DNA of 64,000 nucleotides from assembly GCA_044229975.1 (NCBI GenBank), contig JBGARZ010000001.1:640001-704000 (forward strand), read 5' to 3'. The notes under the pieces were generated by a model. That model saw only the letters and a program-made list of their open reading frames with translations. It did no database searches and was not told the origin of the DNA. The position numbers and the translations under genes were made by a program. The DNA is from Polyangiales bacterium (GTDB taxonomy: Bacteria; Myxococcota_A; Polyangia; Polyangiales; Ga0077539). Of this stretch, positions 9,318 through 19,884 are shown one piece after another (positions within the stretch are counted from its first letter, which is position 1; each line of letters starts with the position of its first letter).

Positions 9318-9944
9318 TCAGGGCGAGCCGAAGACCTGAACGCCGATTTCGCCTTCGCCGCGGGCCATGCGGATCTCGAGCTGCGCCGACTGGTTGCCCA
9401 TGCCCGCCGGGAGGCAGAGCTGGCGGTCGAGGCCGATGACCGGGAAGTTGTCGGGCGCGCGATCCTGATCGATCACGTTGCCGGTGAGGTCGCGGAGGTA
9501 GAGGTCGAGGTCGCCCACGCCCGCGCCGCCGACGCCGATGATGCGGTAGCAGTGGCCGCCGACGACGGCCGCGACGACGGTGCGGCGCTCGCCGTGGCGC
9601 ATCGCGCCGCGCACGAGGTCGGTCACCGCGATGAAGCCGTTGGCGAACTGACGCGCGCGCAGCGTCATGTGGTTGGAGACGAAGTCGGAGACGTTGTAGC
9701 CGGTCGCCGTCCAGGTCTGCGTGACCATGGAGCCCGCGCTGCCGGAGCCCGTCGCCGTGGTCGTGGTCTGCATCATCGCGGGACCGGTCTGAACCGGCGC
9801 GGGCGCCACCGTCGCCTGCACCGGCGCGGCCTGCACCGACACGGTCGGCGTCGGCACCGTCGCCGAAGCCGTGCAGCCGGAGATGATGGACCCGCCGAGC
9901 GCGAGGCCCGCACAGACCGACAGAGAGAGCATCGAAGTCTTCAT
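9318..9944 (-). CDS. Lipoprotein with PPC-like beta-sandwich domain
   Basis: Signal ending IISGC; CYRIIGVG...DLDLYLRD...DNFPVI pattern. Confidence 0.7.
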   Translation of the reverse strand: MKTSMLSLSVCAGLALGGSIISGCTASATVPTPTVSVQAAPVQATVAPAPVQTGPAMMQTTTTATGSGSAGSMVTQTWTATGYNVSDFVSNHMTLRARQFANGFIAVTDLVRGAMRHGERRTVVAAVVGGHCYRIIGVGGAGVGDLDLYLRDLTGNVIDQDRAPDNFPVIGLDRQLCLPAGMGNQSAQLEIRMARGEGEIGVQVFGSP

Positions 9945-10098
9945 CGTCACATTTACCTCGTGTTTGGCGCCGGAGGCACTTCCCTGTCCCACCGTTGCGG
10001 CGCGCGATCCTCACACCTCATACGCTCGTCTGTCAAAGCCCTTTGCGACCCTCCGAGGGCCTTCCTTCGATGTGCGTCCAGGTGTTACCTCTTCATGT

Positions 10099-10395
10099 AT
10101 GCCAGTCAGCAAGCGTGACCTCGTCGACGATCTCCGTGGCGCCCACCCGGAGCTCACCCGCAAGCAGGCGACCGCGTTCGTCAACGACCTGCTCTCCACC
10201 GTCACCGCTGCGCTGAAGCGCGGCGACAGCGTGCGCCTCCTCGGCTTCGGGAGCTTCGACGTGCGACCCCGCGCCGCGCGCACCGCGTCCAACCCTGTCA
10301 CCCGGCAACCCGTCGCCGTGCCCGCCAGCAAGGCAGTTCGCTTCCGCGCGTCGACGGCCCTCAAGAAGGCCGTCAACAAGAAGTCGAAGGGCTGA
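10099..10395 (+). CDS. hup: HU/IHF-family histone-like DNA-binding protein
   Basis: SKRDLV...VRLLGFGSF...RAARTASNPVT...VRFRAS.LK. Confidence 0.92.
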   Translation: MPVSKRDLVDDLRGAHPELTRKQATAFVNDLLSTVTAALKRGDSVRLLGFGSFDVRPRAARTASNPVTRQPVAVPASKAVRFRASTALKKAVNKKSKG

Positions 10396-10404
10396 GAGCT
10401 CCTC

Positions 10405-11232
10405 TCACTGCATCATCGGGCGCACGCTCACGCGGCGCTTGCGGATGTCATCGAGCGCCTCGGTCACCTTCGCAGTGTCCTTCGCGTCGGGCCGCGCGTT
10501 GAGGTAGGCGCGCAGGTCCGACGACGCCGCCTCCAGCGCGCCCAGCGCCAGCGCGTGCATCCCGCGATCGCGCCTCGGCTCCGGCGCGCCCGTGAGGTCG
10601 ACGAGACGATCGCACACCACCAGCGCCTTCGCGTGGTCGCCGCGGCGCTCGTGGGTGTTCTTGAGGTTCACCAGCATGCGAACCGCGACGGCGCGCGCAC
10701 CCACCACGGCGGTGTGCTCGTCCTGCAACGCGACGGTCTCGCCGGTCACGCGCTGGAGCAGCTTCGTGAGGTCGTCCATGTGGAGCACCCGCGCCCGGAA
10801 GAACGGGTCGACGTACACCCCCGACGGACCACCGAGGCGCACGAGGAAGTGCCCCGGAAAGCCAACGCCCTCGACGTCCATCCCCGCGCGCCGACCCAGC
10901 GCCGCGAGCAGCACCGCGAGCGTGATGGGGATGCCCCTCCGCCGCGCGATCACCATGGGCAGGTAGCTGTTGCGCGGGTCGTCGTAGGTCTCCTCATCGC
11001 CCGCGAACCCAAGCTCGTCGTAGACGTAGGTCCCGAGCAGCGCGGCCTGGTCGATGGGCCGGTGCAGCAGCGCCCCGCGGCTCTTGAGCGGCGCCGCGAG
11101 CTCATCGAGCGCGAGGGCCTCCCGCTCGGGATCGATGTCGGGCAGCGCGTCGCACGCGATGGCCAGCGCCACGTCCTCCAACGGCGGCTCCGGGTCGATG
11201 GCAAACAGCTCGATCACGTCTCTCGCTCGCAT
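10405..11232 (-). CDS. SirB1/transglutaminase-like core + TPR protein
   Basis: YDDPRNSYL...RRRGIPITL...GVGFPGHFLVR...YVDPF; RDRG TPR tail. Confidence 0.88.
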   Translation of the reverse strand: MRARDVIELFAIDPEPPLEDVALAIACDALPDIDPEREALALDELAAPLKSRGALLHRPIDQAALLGTYVYDELGFAGDEETYDDPRNSYLPMVIARRRGIPITLAVLLAALGRRAGMDVEGVGFPGHFLVRLGGPSGVYVDPFFRARVLHMDDLTKLLQRVTGETVALQDEHTAVVGARAVAVRMLVNLKNTHERRGDHAKALVVCDRLVDLTGAPEPRRDRGMHALALGALEAASSDLRAYLNARPDAKDTAKVTEALDDIRKRRVSVRPMMQ

Positions 11233-11300
11233 GGCGCGCCGAGCATGTGCCCCACGCCTGTCACTTACCAGTGGTGTGTCTTTGGGTACGCTCGCCGACC

Positions 11301-12566
11301 ATGCGCCTCGCCCTCGCCGCCTCCCTCGCGCTCGCCGCCTGCAGCACCACCCCGACGCCCGCGACCGACGCCGCGACCGACGCTCCCACCGTCGCCGACG
11401 CGTCCCCCGAAGACGTCGCGCCCGCACCGCCCTTGTCCGAGCCGGGGCGCCACATCGTCACCGTCACCGAGACCCGCGCGGTGGTCCCCGGCCCGGGGCT
11501 GCCGATGGAGACGCCGCCCGGCAACTCCAACAACAACCTCGACGTCGTGCGCCACGATGGCCGCGTCTACCTCGCCTGGCGCGCTGCCCCCGACCACTTC
11601 GCCTCCGCCTCCACGCGCATCTTCGTCGTGAGCTCCAACGACGAACTCACCTGGCGCTATGAGGCCACCTTCTCGCTCGACACCGACCTGCGCGAGCCGC
11701 GCTTCCTGTCCTTCAACGGGCGCCTCTTCCTCTACGTCGCCCGCCTCGGAACCAACGCCCTCTCCTTCGACCCGCAGGGCATGTCCGTCACCGAGCGCCG
11801 CGCCGACGGAACCTGGTCCACCCTCGACCCCTTCTATCAACCAGGCTTCATTCCCTGGCGCGCCCGCGTCGTGCGCGGAACCCCGTACCTCCTCGCGTAC
11901 GTCGGCGGCGAGCACATCTACCGCTTCGACAACCTGCCCCTCGACGTTCACTTCCTGACCACCACTGACGGCCGCCACTTCACGGGCGTCGACCCCGCGA
12001 TGCCCACCGTCTATCGCGGCGGCGGCAGCGAGACCGACTTCGCCTTGAGCGACGCGGGCGACCTCTTCGCCGTCATCCGCAACGAGGCCGGTGACGAGAC
12101 GGGTTGGGGCTCCAAGGTCTGCCACGCCCCCGCGGGCAACCTCGCGCGGTGGAGCTGCGTGAGCGACCCGCGCAAGTACGACTCACCGGTGATGTTCTGG
12201 CACGACGGCGAGGCCTACCTCATCGGCCGCCGCAACGTCACCGCGACGGGCAACTACGACCTCGGCCAGCGCACCTTCGACCGCACCCGCCAGACGGTGA
12301 ACTACCAGGTCGACTACTCGCGCCAGCCCAAGCGCTGCTCGCTGTGGCGCTACGTCCAGGCCGAGCACCGCATCGCCTTCGTGATGGACCTCCCCTCCCG
12401 CGGCGACACCTGCTTCCCCGCCGTGATGGAGGGCGCGCGACCCGACGAGCGCATCGTCTACAACTACTCCTCGCCGGTCGATGGCCCCGACCTCCCCTGG
12501 TACCTCGGCCAGCGCGGGCTCACGCTCGTCTACCGCCACGTCCTGCGATTCGACCCGCGACGATAG
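11301..12566 (+). CDS. Lipoprotein, probable beta-propeller (sialidase/BNR-like)
   Basis: LALAAC lipobox; SSNDELTW and TTTDGRHF Asp-box-like motifs; DLREP; GDTCFP. Confidence 0.7.
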   Translation: MRLALAASLALAACSTTPTPATDAATDAPTVADASPEDVAPAPPLSEPGRHIVTVTETRAVVPGPGLPMETPPGNSNNNLDVVRHDGRVYLAWRAAPDHFASASTRIFVVSSNDELTWRYEATFSLDTDLREPRFLSFNGRLFLYVARLGTNALSFDPQGMSVTERRADGTWSTLDPFYQPGFIPWRARVVRGTPYLLAYVGGEHIYRFDNLPLDVHFLTTTDGRHFTGVDPAMPTVYRGGGSETDFALSDAGDLFAVIRNEAGDETGWGSKVCHAPAGNLARWSCVSDPRKYDSPVMFWHDGEAYLIGRRNVTATGNYDLGQRTFDRTRQTVNYQVDYSRQPKRCSLWRYVQAEHRIAFVMDLPSRGDTCFPAVMEGARPDERIVYNYSSPVDGPDLPWYLGQRGLTLVYRHVLRFDPRR

Positions 12567-12596
12567 CCACCGCTCTCCCCTAGACTCAGCCTCGCC

Positions 12597-14060
12597 GTGA
12601 ACCCCACCGACGACGCCTCCACCTCGCTGCTCACCGACCTCTACCAGCTCACCATGGCCTGCGGGTACTGGCGCGCGGGCATCGCCGAGCGCGAGGCCGT
12701 CTTCCACCTCCACTTCCGCAAGAACCCCTTCCAGGGCGGCTACGCCATCGCCTGCGGCCTCCACGCGGCCATCGACTGGCTCGACCGGCTGCGCTTCACC
12801 GAGAGCGACATCGCCTTCCTCGCGACCCTCAAGGGCAACGACGACAAGACGCTCTTCCCGGTGGAGTTTCTGGAGTGGCTCGGCCGCATGCCCCTCGCGC
12901 TCGACATATGCGCCATGCCCGAGGGCACGGCCGTCTTCGCGCACGAGCCGCTCATGCGCGTGCGCGGTCCGCTGCTCCAGTGCCAGCTCGTGGAGACGGC
13001 GCTGCTCAACATCCTCAACTTCCAGACGCTCATCGCCACCAAGGCGTCGCGGGTCTGCGCCGCCGCTCAGGGCGATCAGGTGCTGGAGTTCGGCCTGCGT
13101 CGCGCGCAGGGCGTCGATGGATCGCTCGCGGCCAGCTACGCGGCCTACGTCGGCGGCTGCCATGCGACGTCCAACGTGCTGGCGGGCAAGCGCTTCGGCG
13201 TTCCTGTGCGCGGCACCCACGCGCACGCCTGGGTGATGGCCTTCGGCGACGAGCGCGAGTCCTTCCGCGAGTACGCCCGAACGCTCCCCAACAACTGCGT
13301 CTTCCTCGTCGACACCTTCGACACGCTCCAGGGCGTTCGGCATGCGTGCGAGGTCGGCGCGTGGTTGAAGGAGCAGGGACACAAGCTCGGCGGCATCCGA
13401 CTCGACTCGGGCGACCTCGCGTATCTGTCCGTCGAGGCGCGCAAGATCCTCGATGAGCACGGCTTCACCGGCGCCGCCATCGTCGCGAGCAACGACCTCG
13501 ACGAGCGGCTCATCCAGAGCTTGAAGCAGCAGGGCGCGGCCATCACCGTGTGGGGCGTCGGCACCAAGCTGGTCACCGCCTACGATCAGCCCGCGCTCGG
13601 CGGCGTGTACAAGCTCAGCGCCATCCGCGACGAGCGGGGCGCGTGGCAGCACCGCATCAAGCTGAGCGAGCAGGCCGCCAAGGTCTCGACGCCGGGCATC
13701 CATCAGGTGCGGCGCTTCTCCGCGGACGGTCTCTTCACCGGCGACATGATCGTCGACGAGAGCGCGGCGACGGCCCCGACGCGCACCATGATCGACCCGC
13801 TCGACCCGACGCGGCGACGCACCTTCGCGACGGAGCTCGCGCACGAAGACCTGCTGGTTCCCATCTACCAGGGCGGGAAGCGCGTGTACGAGATGCCGAC
13901 CATCCACGAGGCGCGCGCGCGGGCGACGACCCAGGTGGCGTCGCTGCATCCGACCATCCGCCGCTTCGATCATCCGCACGGCTACCCCGTCGGGCTGGAG
14001 CAGGGTCTCCACGCGCTGCGCACGCGGCTCGTGCTCGAAGCGCGCGGGCACGCGGACTGA
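12597..14060 (+). CDS. pncB: Nicotinate phosphoribosyltransferase
   Basis: [55 protein letters not shown]. Confidence 0.97.
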   Translation: MNPTDDASTSLLTDLYQLTMACGYWRAGIAEREAVFHLHFRKNPFQGGYAIACGLHAAIDWLDRLRFTESDIAFLATLKGNDDKTLFPVEFLEWLGRMPLALDICAMPEGTAVFAHEPLMRVRGPLLQCQLVETALLNILNFQTLIATKASRVCAAAQGDQVLEFGLRRAQGVDGSLAASYAAYVGGCHATSNVLAGKRFGVPVRGTHAHAWVMAFGDERESFREYARTLPNNCVFLVDTFDTLQGVRHACEVGAWLKEQGHKLGGIRLDSGDLAYLSVEARKILDEHGFTGAAIVASNDLDERLIQSLKQQGAAITVWGVGTKLVTAYDQPALGGVYKLSAIRDERGAWQHRIKLSEQAAKVSTPGIHQVRRFSADGLFTGDMIVDESAATAPTRTMIDPLDPTRRRTFATELAHEDLLVPIYQGGKRVYEMPTIHEARARATTQVASLHPTIRRFDHPHGYPVGLEQGLHALRTRLVLEARGHAD

Positions 14061-14270
14061 GGCTGCACACGACGTCGATTACTTGGCGTCGGCGTCGGCG
14101 TCAGAGGGTGACTCCGCGACCGAGCACGAAGCCGTCGCGAAGCGGGTGCGCAGCGGGGACGAGGCGCGTCTGACTGCGGGTACAACCTGTGAGATGTTCG
14201 CAGGGTCACGGGTCCGTTCGACGACTGCGCGGGATGTGCTGGTCGTCTGCTTCGCCCAACGGAGGACACC

Positions 14271-15227
14271 ATGGGACGGTTCGACGAGAGTTCGGTGCTG
14301 GTCACGCGCGGACCTGCCCCGGCCTGGATCGCGGCGTCAGCGGCGACTGCCGTCACGGTGCTCGTGACGCGGGTGGCCGCCTTCAACGGCGGGGTTGCGC
14401 CCGAGTATCAACGGCACGAGTTCTTCCTGACGGGCGCCCTCTTCGCGGTCACCGCGCTCGGCCACACGGCGCTGCTCGCGCTCGTCGCGCGGTTCCGCTC
14501 GACGGTCGTGGGGGTCGCCGCGCTGGTGTTGGGCGCGATCGCCCTGCCGCGGGTTTCCGACGCGCTCCGGCCCTACACCGGGCGGGCGATGGCGGCCGCG
14601 CTGCCTCGCTACTGCGCCGATCTGCCCGAGCTCTGTCCGCCGCCCGCGTGGGACGTCGCGCAGAGCGTCGTCGCGGCCCTCTGTCTCGCGCCCTTCCTCG
14701 TCGCGCTGATGGAGGTGCGCGCCCGCGACGCGCTCGACGGCCGCGCCCGGGTCGCGTGGGCCTCCGGGCTGATGATGATCGTCGCGGCGGGCGTGATCCC
14801 GTGCTTCGGCAGGGCCTCCCCGGTGGCAGCGCCGGTGACGTACGTCGCGGGCGTCGCGCTCATGGCGCTCGCGACGGCCGAGAACGCGAGGCGCCTCGCG
14901 TGGGTCGCCGCGCGGTTGGGCGACGGCGGCGCGTGGATCGTCGAGCGCACGCCGGGCGCCCACGACGGCCTGCGCCCGCTCTGCGCACCCGAGACGCTCG
15001 ACCTGCAAGACGGCGTGCTGGTGGTGCGTGAGAGGGCGCCCAATGCGATGTACCGCGCGGCGCTCCACGGCACGCCCATCGCGACGCTGAGCGTCGACGG
15101 CGGGTCGACGCTGGACGCGATGCGAGGTCGGTTGAGGAAGCAGCGGCGGGCGCTCGCCGTGGCTGCGGTGGGAGCAACGGCGGTCGGGGTCGCGACGCTG
15201 GTGGTGCGGGTCATCCAGGGCTCATAG
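14271..15227 (+). CDS. Multi-pass membrane protein (hypothetical)
   Basis: GGAGG RBS; about 7 hydrophobic segments; GC3-rich frame. Confidence 0.7.
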   Translation: MGRFDESSVLVTRGPAPAWIAASAATAVTVLVTRVAAFNGGVAPEYQRHEFFLTGALFAVTALGHTALLALVARFRSTVVGVAALVLGAIALPRVSDALRPYTGRAMAAALPRYCADLPELCPPPAWDVAQSVVAALCLAPFLVALMEVRARDALDGRARVAWASGLMMIVAAGVIPCFGRASPVAAPVTYVAGVALMALATAENARRLAWVAARLGDGGAWIVERTPGAHDGLRPLCAPETLDLQDGVLVVRERAPNAMYRAALHGTPIATLSVDGGSTLDAMRGRLRKQRRALAVAAVGATAVGVATLVVRVIQGS

Positions 15228-15540
15228 GAGACTCGGCGGGGCACCACCGTCGGCGTGGATCGGCTCTGGTTGCAGACTGCGCTCGGCCCCTATCGCCTCG
15301 CACGGCGCCACAACGCCGCCAGCGCCAGCGTCCACCACCATCCCGTCTCGCGCGCGGCGCCCACCGCGCGGCAGCCGCAGCCCGACACCACCACCGCGCC
15401 CGTCGGCGACGACCGCGAGATCGCGGCAGCGCTCGTTCGGGCAGCGAGCGTACCCTGGGCGAGCGCGCGATCGCGACGAGGTTGATGCAGGACGTCCGGC
15501 TGGGCTTCGACCTGCGCGCCCCGGCCACCTCGGGAGGACC

Positions 15541-16029
15541 ATGAGCACCAACAACAACGCGACGGTCATGTGGAGGGATCTGGAGGCGGCCTACGATCGG
15601 ATGATCGCGAGGGAGGCCCAGTTCTTCCGCTCCTGGAAGGCGGGCGACCTACCAGTCGCCGACGTCGTCGAGGCGGTGCGTCGCTCGCTCGATGCGGGCT
15701 CGTGGGCCGCGTTTCGCTACGCGGACCAACTGGGGCCCGAGGTCGTTCGTGGACTGCTGCCGACCCTCCTCCGGTTCGCCACGGGCGGCGGGATCGTCGG
15801 GCGGTCACACGAGATCATCCTGACGCTCCCGCGGGAGGTCCTCCTGCGCGACGCGGTGCCGACGATCCGCTCGCTGCTGTTCGACGGCGACGACCAGACC
15901 TACTCGTGCCTCATGTCCTTGTGCGAGAGCATCGACCCGGCGCTCGCCACGGAGCTCGCGGCAGAGGCGAGGTCGCACCCCGACCCGGCGGTCCGCGCGG
16001 TCGCGGAGGAGTACGCCGCAGAGGAGTGA
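15541..16029 (+). CDS. Small all-helical HEAT-like protein, probable orphan toxin-immunity protein
   Basis: GGAGG RBS; EIILTLPRE...YSCLMSL...HPDPAVRAVAEEY resembles immunity genes seen next to polymorphic toxins (inference). Confidence 0.55.
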   Translation: MSTNNNATVMWRDLEAAYDRMIAREAQFFRSWKAGDLPVADVVEAVRRSLDAGSWAAFRYADQLGPEVVRGLLPTLLRFATGGGIVGRSHEIILTLPREVLLRDAVPTIRSLLFDGDDQTYSCLMSLCESIDPALATELAAEARSHPDPAVRAVAEEYAAEE

Positions 16030-16118
16030 CGGAGCTGGTAGCGTGCGTCGTGATCGAGCTCGCGCAGGAAGGTCTGGTGAGCGATTCCCGCGGGCGCTCG
16101 CCTGCCGCAGGGAGCGCG

Positions 16119-16578
16119 ATGAGGCGCCTCGCCGGCTACGCCCTGATCGTGGCGACGTGGTGCGCGTCGCGCACGACGGCGTTCGCGCAGTCGGGCGCGG
16201 TGGAGTGCGACTGCGACGCCGAGGTGTGCGTCGCGTACGGGGACGAGCTCCGCGTCGAAGGGACCGTGTCGCGACGGCGCTACACGCTCCACCATCCGAC
16301 GATCGGGCGGATGCCGCAGGAGGTGTACGTGCTGCGCGTCGCTCGCCCGGTCTGCGGCTTTCGCAACGTCGACGGCGGGAGGGTCGACGACAGACCCCAC
16401 GTCCGCGAGATGGTCATCAGCGCGCGGACGGACGACGACCCGCTGCGTCGGCTCGTCGGGCGGCGTGGGCGGTGGCAGGTGCGCGTGTCGACGCGAGACG
16501 GCGTATCCGCTGACCGCGCTCCTCGCGGAGTTCATTAGGTACGAGGCGGTGCGGCGCGGCGGTGCGGTCTTGCGGTAG
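16119..16578 (+). pseudogene. Secreted DUF4431-like protein, probable frameshift near 16490
   Basis: Signal peptide ending AFA-Q; EVYVLRVARPVC...LVGRR. The +1 frame continues ETAYPLTALLAEFIRYE to TAG 16578; the main frame stops at 16538. Confidence 0.4.
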
Positions 16579-16679
16579 GGGAGCGGCGGAGGAGAGCGGT
16601 CAGGGGGACGGTTCGGGGGCTGGGTGCGGCTGGCTGACGCGGCCAGGCGCGACGGCCAAGCGTCGCCGAGCGGTAGCTG

Positions 16680-18047
16680 CTATCGCCAGCGCATCCGAAG
16701 CGCGACACCGTCGTCGCGCATGTTCGGCATCGGGTTCCCCGTGCGCAGGACTGCGCAGAGCGTATCCGTCGGGTCGGGCAGGTCGGCGTAACGGCAACCG
16801 TCCGCGGGCAGCGAGACGCCTCCGCGTGGCTCGACGCGGTCCCCCCGCGAGACGCGGTACCGCCACATCGCTCGCAGCGCCAGCGCCACGTCCATGCCGG
16901 TGGCGAGTGCGCGACTGTAGCCACCCGTGAGCCACTCGCCGTCGACGCGGAACAACGCCGCGCGTCCCGCTTCGAGACCGAACGACAGCGCCTCACGGAA
17001 GGCGGAGGGGATCGCGGGCACGCGTCGTTCGCGGGCGTGACGCCCCGACAGCCATGTCACGCACCGGCCCATGTATCCCCATGGGTGCAAGCGTTCCATG
17101 AGCTCCCGGGCGAGGCGGTCGGCTTCCATCAACGACGGCAGACACCCGGCCACCAGCCACGCGTCGCGCACCGTGCACGGGGTCGTTCCGCGGACCCAGC
17201 CGTCCCGCCCGCACTCCGGGCACGACTCCGCGCGATCGACGGGCGACGCCCATCGGTGGGGCCGATCACGACGCAGCGGACACACCACGCCGATCGCGCG
17301 GGCGTCGCCGTCGAACAGGTCCAGCGGCACGTCACCCTGGCGCGCGAGCTGCTGCCAGTACGCGCCCGCGTCGCCCCGCCACTCCGGGTGCTCGACGCGG
17401 CGGGAGATGGGCGTACGGAGTCGGCGGGACCGCGGTCGATCGGCCGCCGTCTCCTCGATGAGCGCGACGAGGCGGTGGCCCTCGCGGAGCGCCCCGTCGA
17501 GCCACGACTCGAACCACGCGAAGAAGCCTTGCTCGCCATGGGTCCCGCCGAGTGGCTCGCTGTGCTCCTCCCAGAAGGTCCAGATGTGACCGCGCGTGGG
17601 GCCGTCGAGGACGATCCCGTCGAAGCCGGCGCAGCCGTGGTGGGCGAGCAGGAGCACTCCGGCATCGAGGGTGCCGACGAAGGGCGCTGCGAGGCGGGAG
17701 GGTGGCCGAAGCGGCACGTCCAGGGCTGTGTTCGGGGCGAGGCGGTGGCTGTCCTTCGGGGAGGTCACCTCCCCGACCCGGCCGAGCTGGAAGAGGCCGT
17801 AGCCGGGGCCTGCGATGCCGTCCGCCACTTCGGTGACGAAGCGTCGGTACTCCGCCGGGAGCTCGACGCCGACCGCACGCTCGAAGGCCGCCACGTCGCC
17901 CTCGGGGAGCGGCGGTCGGAACCGGAACCGGTGCCCCTCCCACCCGTGGTCGAAGCTCGGGGAGAGGGTCGCCGCGCCCGCCCGCGCGACCAGGCGGAGC
18001 AACTCGTCACGCTTGTCGCGAATCCGCCCAATCGCTCCGTCGGTCAT
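16680..18047 (-). CDS. SMI1/KNR4 (SUKH) immunity-family protein with extra C-terminal Cys-containing domain
   Basis: PPLPEGDVAAFERAVGVELPAEYRRFV...GPGYGL...LAHHGC...GHIW...FFAWFESWLD; later CPECG. Confidence 0.82.
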   Translation of the reverse strand: MTDGAIGRIRDKRDELLRLVARAGAATLSPSFDHGWEGHRFRFRPPLPEGDVAAFERAVGVELPAEYRRFVTEVADGIAGPGYGLFQLGRVGEVTSPKDSHRLAPNTALDVPLRPPSRLAAPFVGTLDAGVLLLAHHGCAGFDGIVLDGPTRGHIWTFWEEHSEPLGGTHGEQGFFAWFESWLDGALREGHRLVALIEETAADRPRSRRLRTPISRRVEHPEWRGDAGAYWQQLARQGDVPLDLFDGDARAIGVVCPLRRDRPHRWASPVDRAESCPECGRDGWVRGTTPCTVRDAWLVAGCLPSLMEADRLARELMERLHPWGYMGRCVTWLSGRHARERRVPAIPSAFREALSFGLEAGRAALFRVDGEWLTGGYSRALATGMDVALALRAMWRYRVSRGDRVEPRGGVSLPADGCRYADLPDPTDTLCAVLRTGNPMPNMRDDGVALRMRWR

Positions 18048-18222
18048 CCGCGAATGAGGATGCCCCAGGTCGTCGAGCACGTATCGCAACAGCCCGCGTT
18101 GATTGCATGGACAGCCCCCGCGCCGTGGTCCATCGCTTGGCGCGCCGACGAGCACCGCCCTCCGCGACGCCCCGCAGCGCGCTTGCCTTCATGCTGACGG
18201 CCGCCGGGTGCTTCGCGCTCAT

Positions 18223-18297
18223 GAACCCAGAGTGCGACGTGCCCCTCTCGGTGACGTCTGTCGGAAACTCCACGCGCACCCGTTGGAGAGCTCGCTG
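18223..18297 (+). repeat. Dispersed intergenic repeat, copy A
   Basis: GACGTCTGTCGGAAACTCCACGCGCACCCGTTGGAGAGCTCGCTG; aligns with copies B-E. Confidence 0.8.
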
Positions 18298-18311
18298 AGC
18301 GACACGACCCG

Positions 18312-18884
18312 TCACCCGCCCGCGTCGTCACCCTCGTACACGTCGTCGACCGCGAGCCTCCCCCCGAACTCCGGCAACGCGAGAACCTCGCCCGCCGTGA
18401 CGACGGTGAGCGTCCAGGTGCCGTCGGGGTTGCGGCGGTAGTGCTCGATGCGGCGCCGCCCGACGGACACCATCAGGTAGTGCCGCAGCGACTCGAGGAG
18501 CTGGTAGTCGGCGAACTTGTCGCCGCGGTCGAAGCGTTCGGTCGAGGGCGAGAGCACCTCGACGATCAGGGTCGGGTTGGTGACGGCGACCGTGTCGACG
18601 GCATCGCGTGCGAGGGGGCCGCATACGACCGTGCCGTCGGCGTAGTAGGCGTTGCCTGACGCGGGGACGCGCACCTTGAGGTCGGACGAGAAGACGCGGC
18701 ACGGCCCGCCCCGCATGAGCTGCCGCAGCTCCGCGCCGACGGAGAGCGCGAGCCGCGCGTGCTCCGGCTCGCCGCCGGCCATCGCGCACGCGAAGCCGCC
18801 GACGAACTCGTGACGCACACCCGACGAGCGCTCCAGCGCGAGGTACTCGGCGTAGGTGGTCCTCAACTTCTCCGCCGCGCTCGT
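18312..18884 (-). CDS. Uma2 (DUF820) family endonuclease, apparent ACG start
   Basis: YAEYLALE...RHEF...MAGG..EH...SDLKV...YADGTVVC...IVEVLSPSTERFDRGDKF. TACCAT lies 8 nt before ACG 18884; TTG 18866 is the alternative start. Confidence 0.88.
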   Translation of the reverse strand, partial: TSAAEKLRTTYAEYLALERSSGVRHEFVGGFACAMAGGEPEHARLALSVGAELRQLMRGGPCRVFSSDLKVRVPASGNAYYADGTVVCGPLARDAVDTVAVTNPTLIVEVLSPSTERFDRGDKFADYQLLESLRHYLMVSVGRRRIEHYRRNPDGTWTLTVVTAGEVLALPEFGGRLAVDDVYEGDDAGG

Positions 18885-19078
18885 CGGCCGCGATGGTAGG
18901 CGACGCGCGTGGTGGTGAACAGTCGCAGGGCGACGACTCGCCCGCGAGACCGACGGTCGGCCCCCATCAACAACCTGGCGTCGATCTCCAGCAGGTCGAC
19001 CAGCGGCCCAGGGAAGGTCACGCGCCAGCGGAACCACCTCACCCGCCCGTCGCGGCTCTGCCTCGCCTCAAGCATCGC

Positions 19079-19603
19079 CTACGGCACGCCCGCGGGGCGC
19101 GGGGGGAGAGTCGCCTCCCAGTCGGCGATGTGGATGTGTCGCATCCGTTCTCCGGGGCGGAGCGTGATCACGATCGACACGTGATGCGCGCCGCGGCAGC
19201 AATCGCCGCGATGCCCGCATGTCGCCATGCACGCAACCGAATCGGTGAATCCACCCGCACGCGTTCGTCCGGCGGCGTCGAGCGCGTAGCCGACGAGCAC
19301 ATAGGTTCCGGCGGGTAGGCCCCGCACGGCGAATCGATTGTCCCGGGCGATCGTGACGAAGTACGCGCACGATCCGGGTGCGTCCTGACGGATCGCGACG
19401 ACCTGCACCGGGAGCCGAACGCCGACCGGGCGATAGAACGACCCTTCGATGGTTGCAGTGTCCGCTGGCGTGCGCGGCGTGCACGTCGTCGTGGCGGTGG
19501 CCATCGCAGTCGCGCTCGGCGAAGGCGACTGCGCCCACGCGGGTGCCGCCCGTTGCAGGGAGAGCAACACGACCGAGGCGACGGGCAGCGGCTGGGTGTT
19601 CAC
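19079..19603 (-). CDS. Secreted protein with carboxypeptidase-regulatory-like (prealbumin) fold
   Basis: Signal peptide AWA-Q; IEG...FAVRGLPAGTYVL; Cys-rich insert. Confidence 0.6.
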   Translation of the reverse strand: MNTQPLPVASVVLLSLQRAAPAWAQSPSPSATAMATATTTCTPRTPADTATIEGSFYRPVGVRLPVQVVAIRQDAPGSCAYFVTIARDNRFAVRGLPAGTYVLVGYALDAAGRTRAGGFTDSVACMATCGHRGDCCRGAHHVSIVITLRPGERMRHIHIADWEATLPPRPAGVP

Positions 19604-19752
19604 GAAGCGAGGGTGACATCGCTGCGGCGAGGAGGTTCCGCGAGGCCGCGCATCACGGCGCCGCTCGGGCGCTCACGCACGCGTTGCGGGCGAGCGCACT
19701 CGACCTGCGCCGAGTGCGGGACGAACACGTCGAAGTCGCGCTCGTCATCGCG

Positions 19753-19834
19753 GACCGAACTCCCATGTCTACGAAGTACCTCTCTCGTTGACGTGCGCCG
19801 GGAACTCCGCGCGCACCGTTGGAGAGTTCGCTGG
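19753..19834 (+). repeat. Dispersed intergenic repeat, copy B
   Basis: GACCGAAC...CTCTCGTTGACGTGCGCCGGGAACTCCGCGCGCACCGTTGGAGAGTTCGCTGG. Confidence 0.8.
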
Positions 19835-19884
19835 CTCCTGCCACCAGCCTCGATCGGTTCATGGTCACTCGCCCGCGACGCCTC

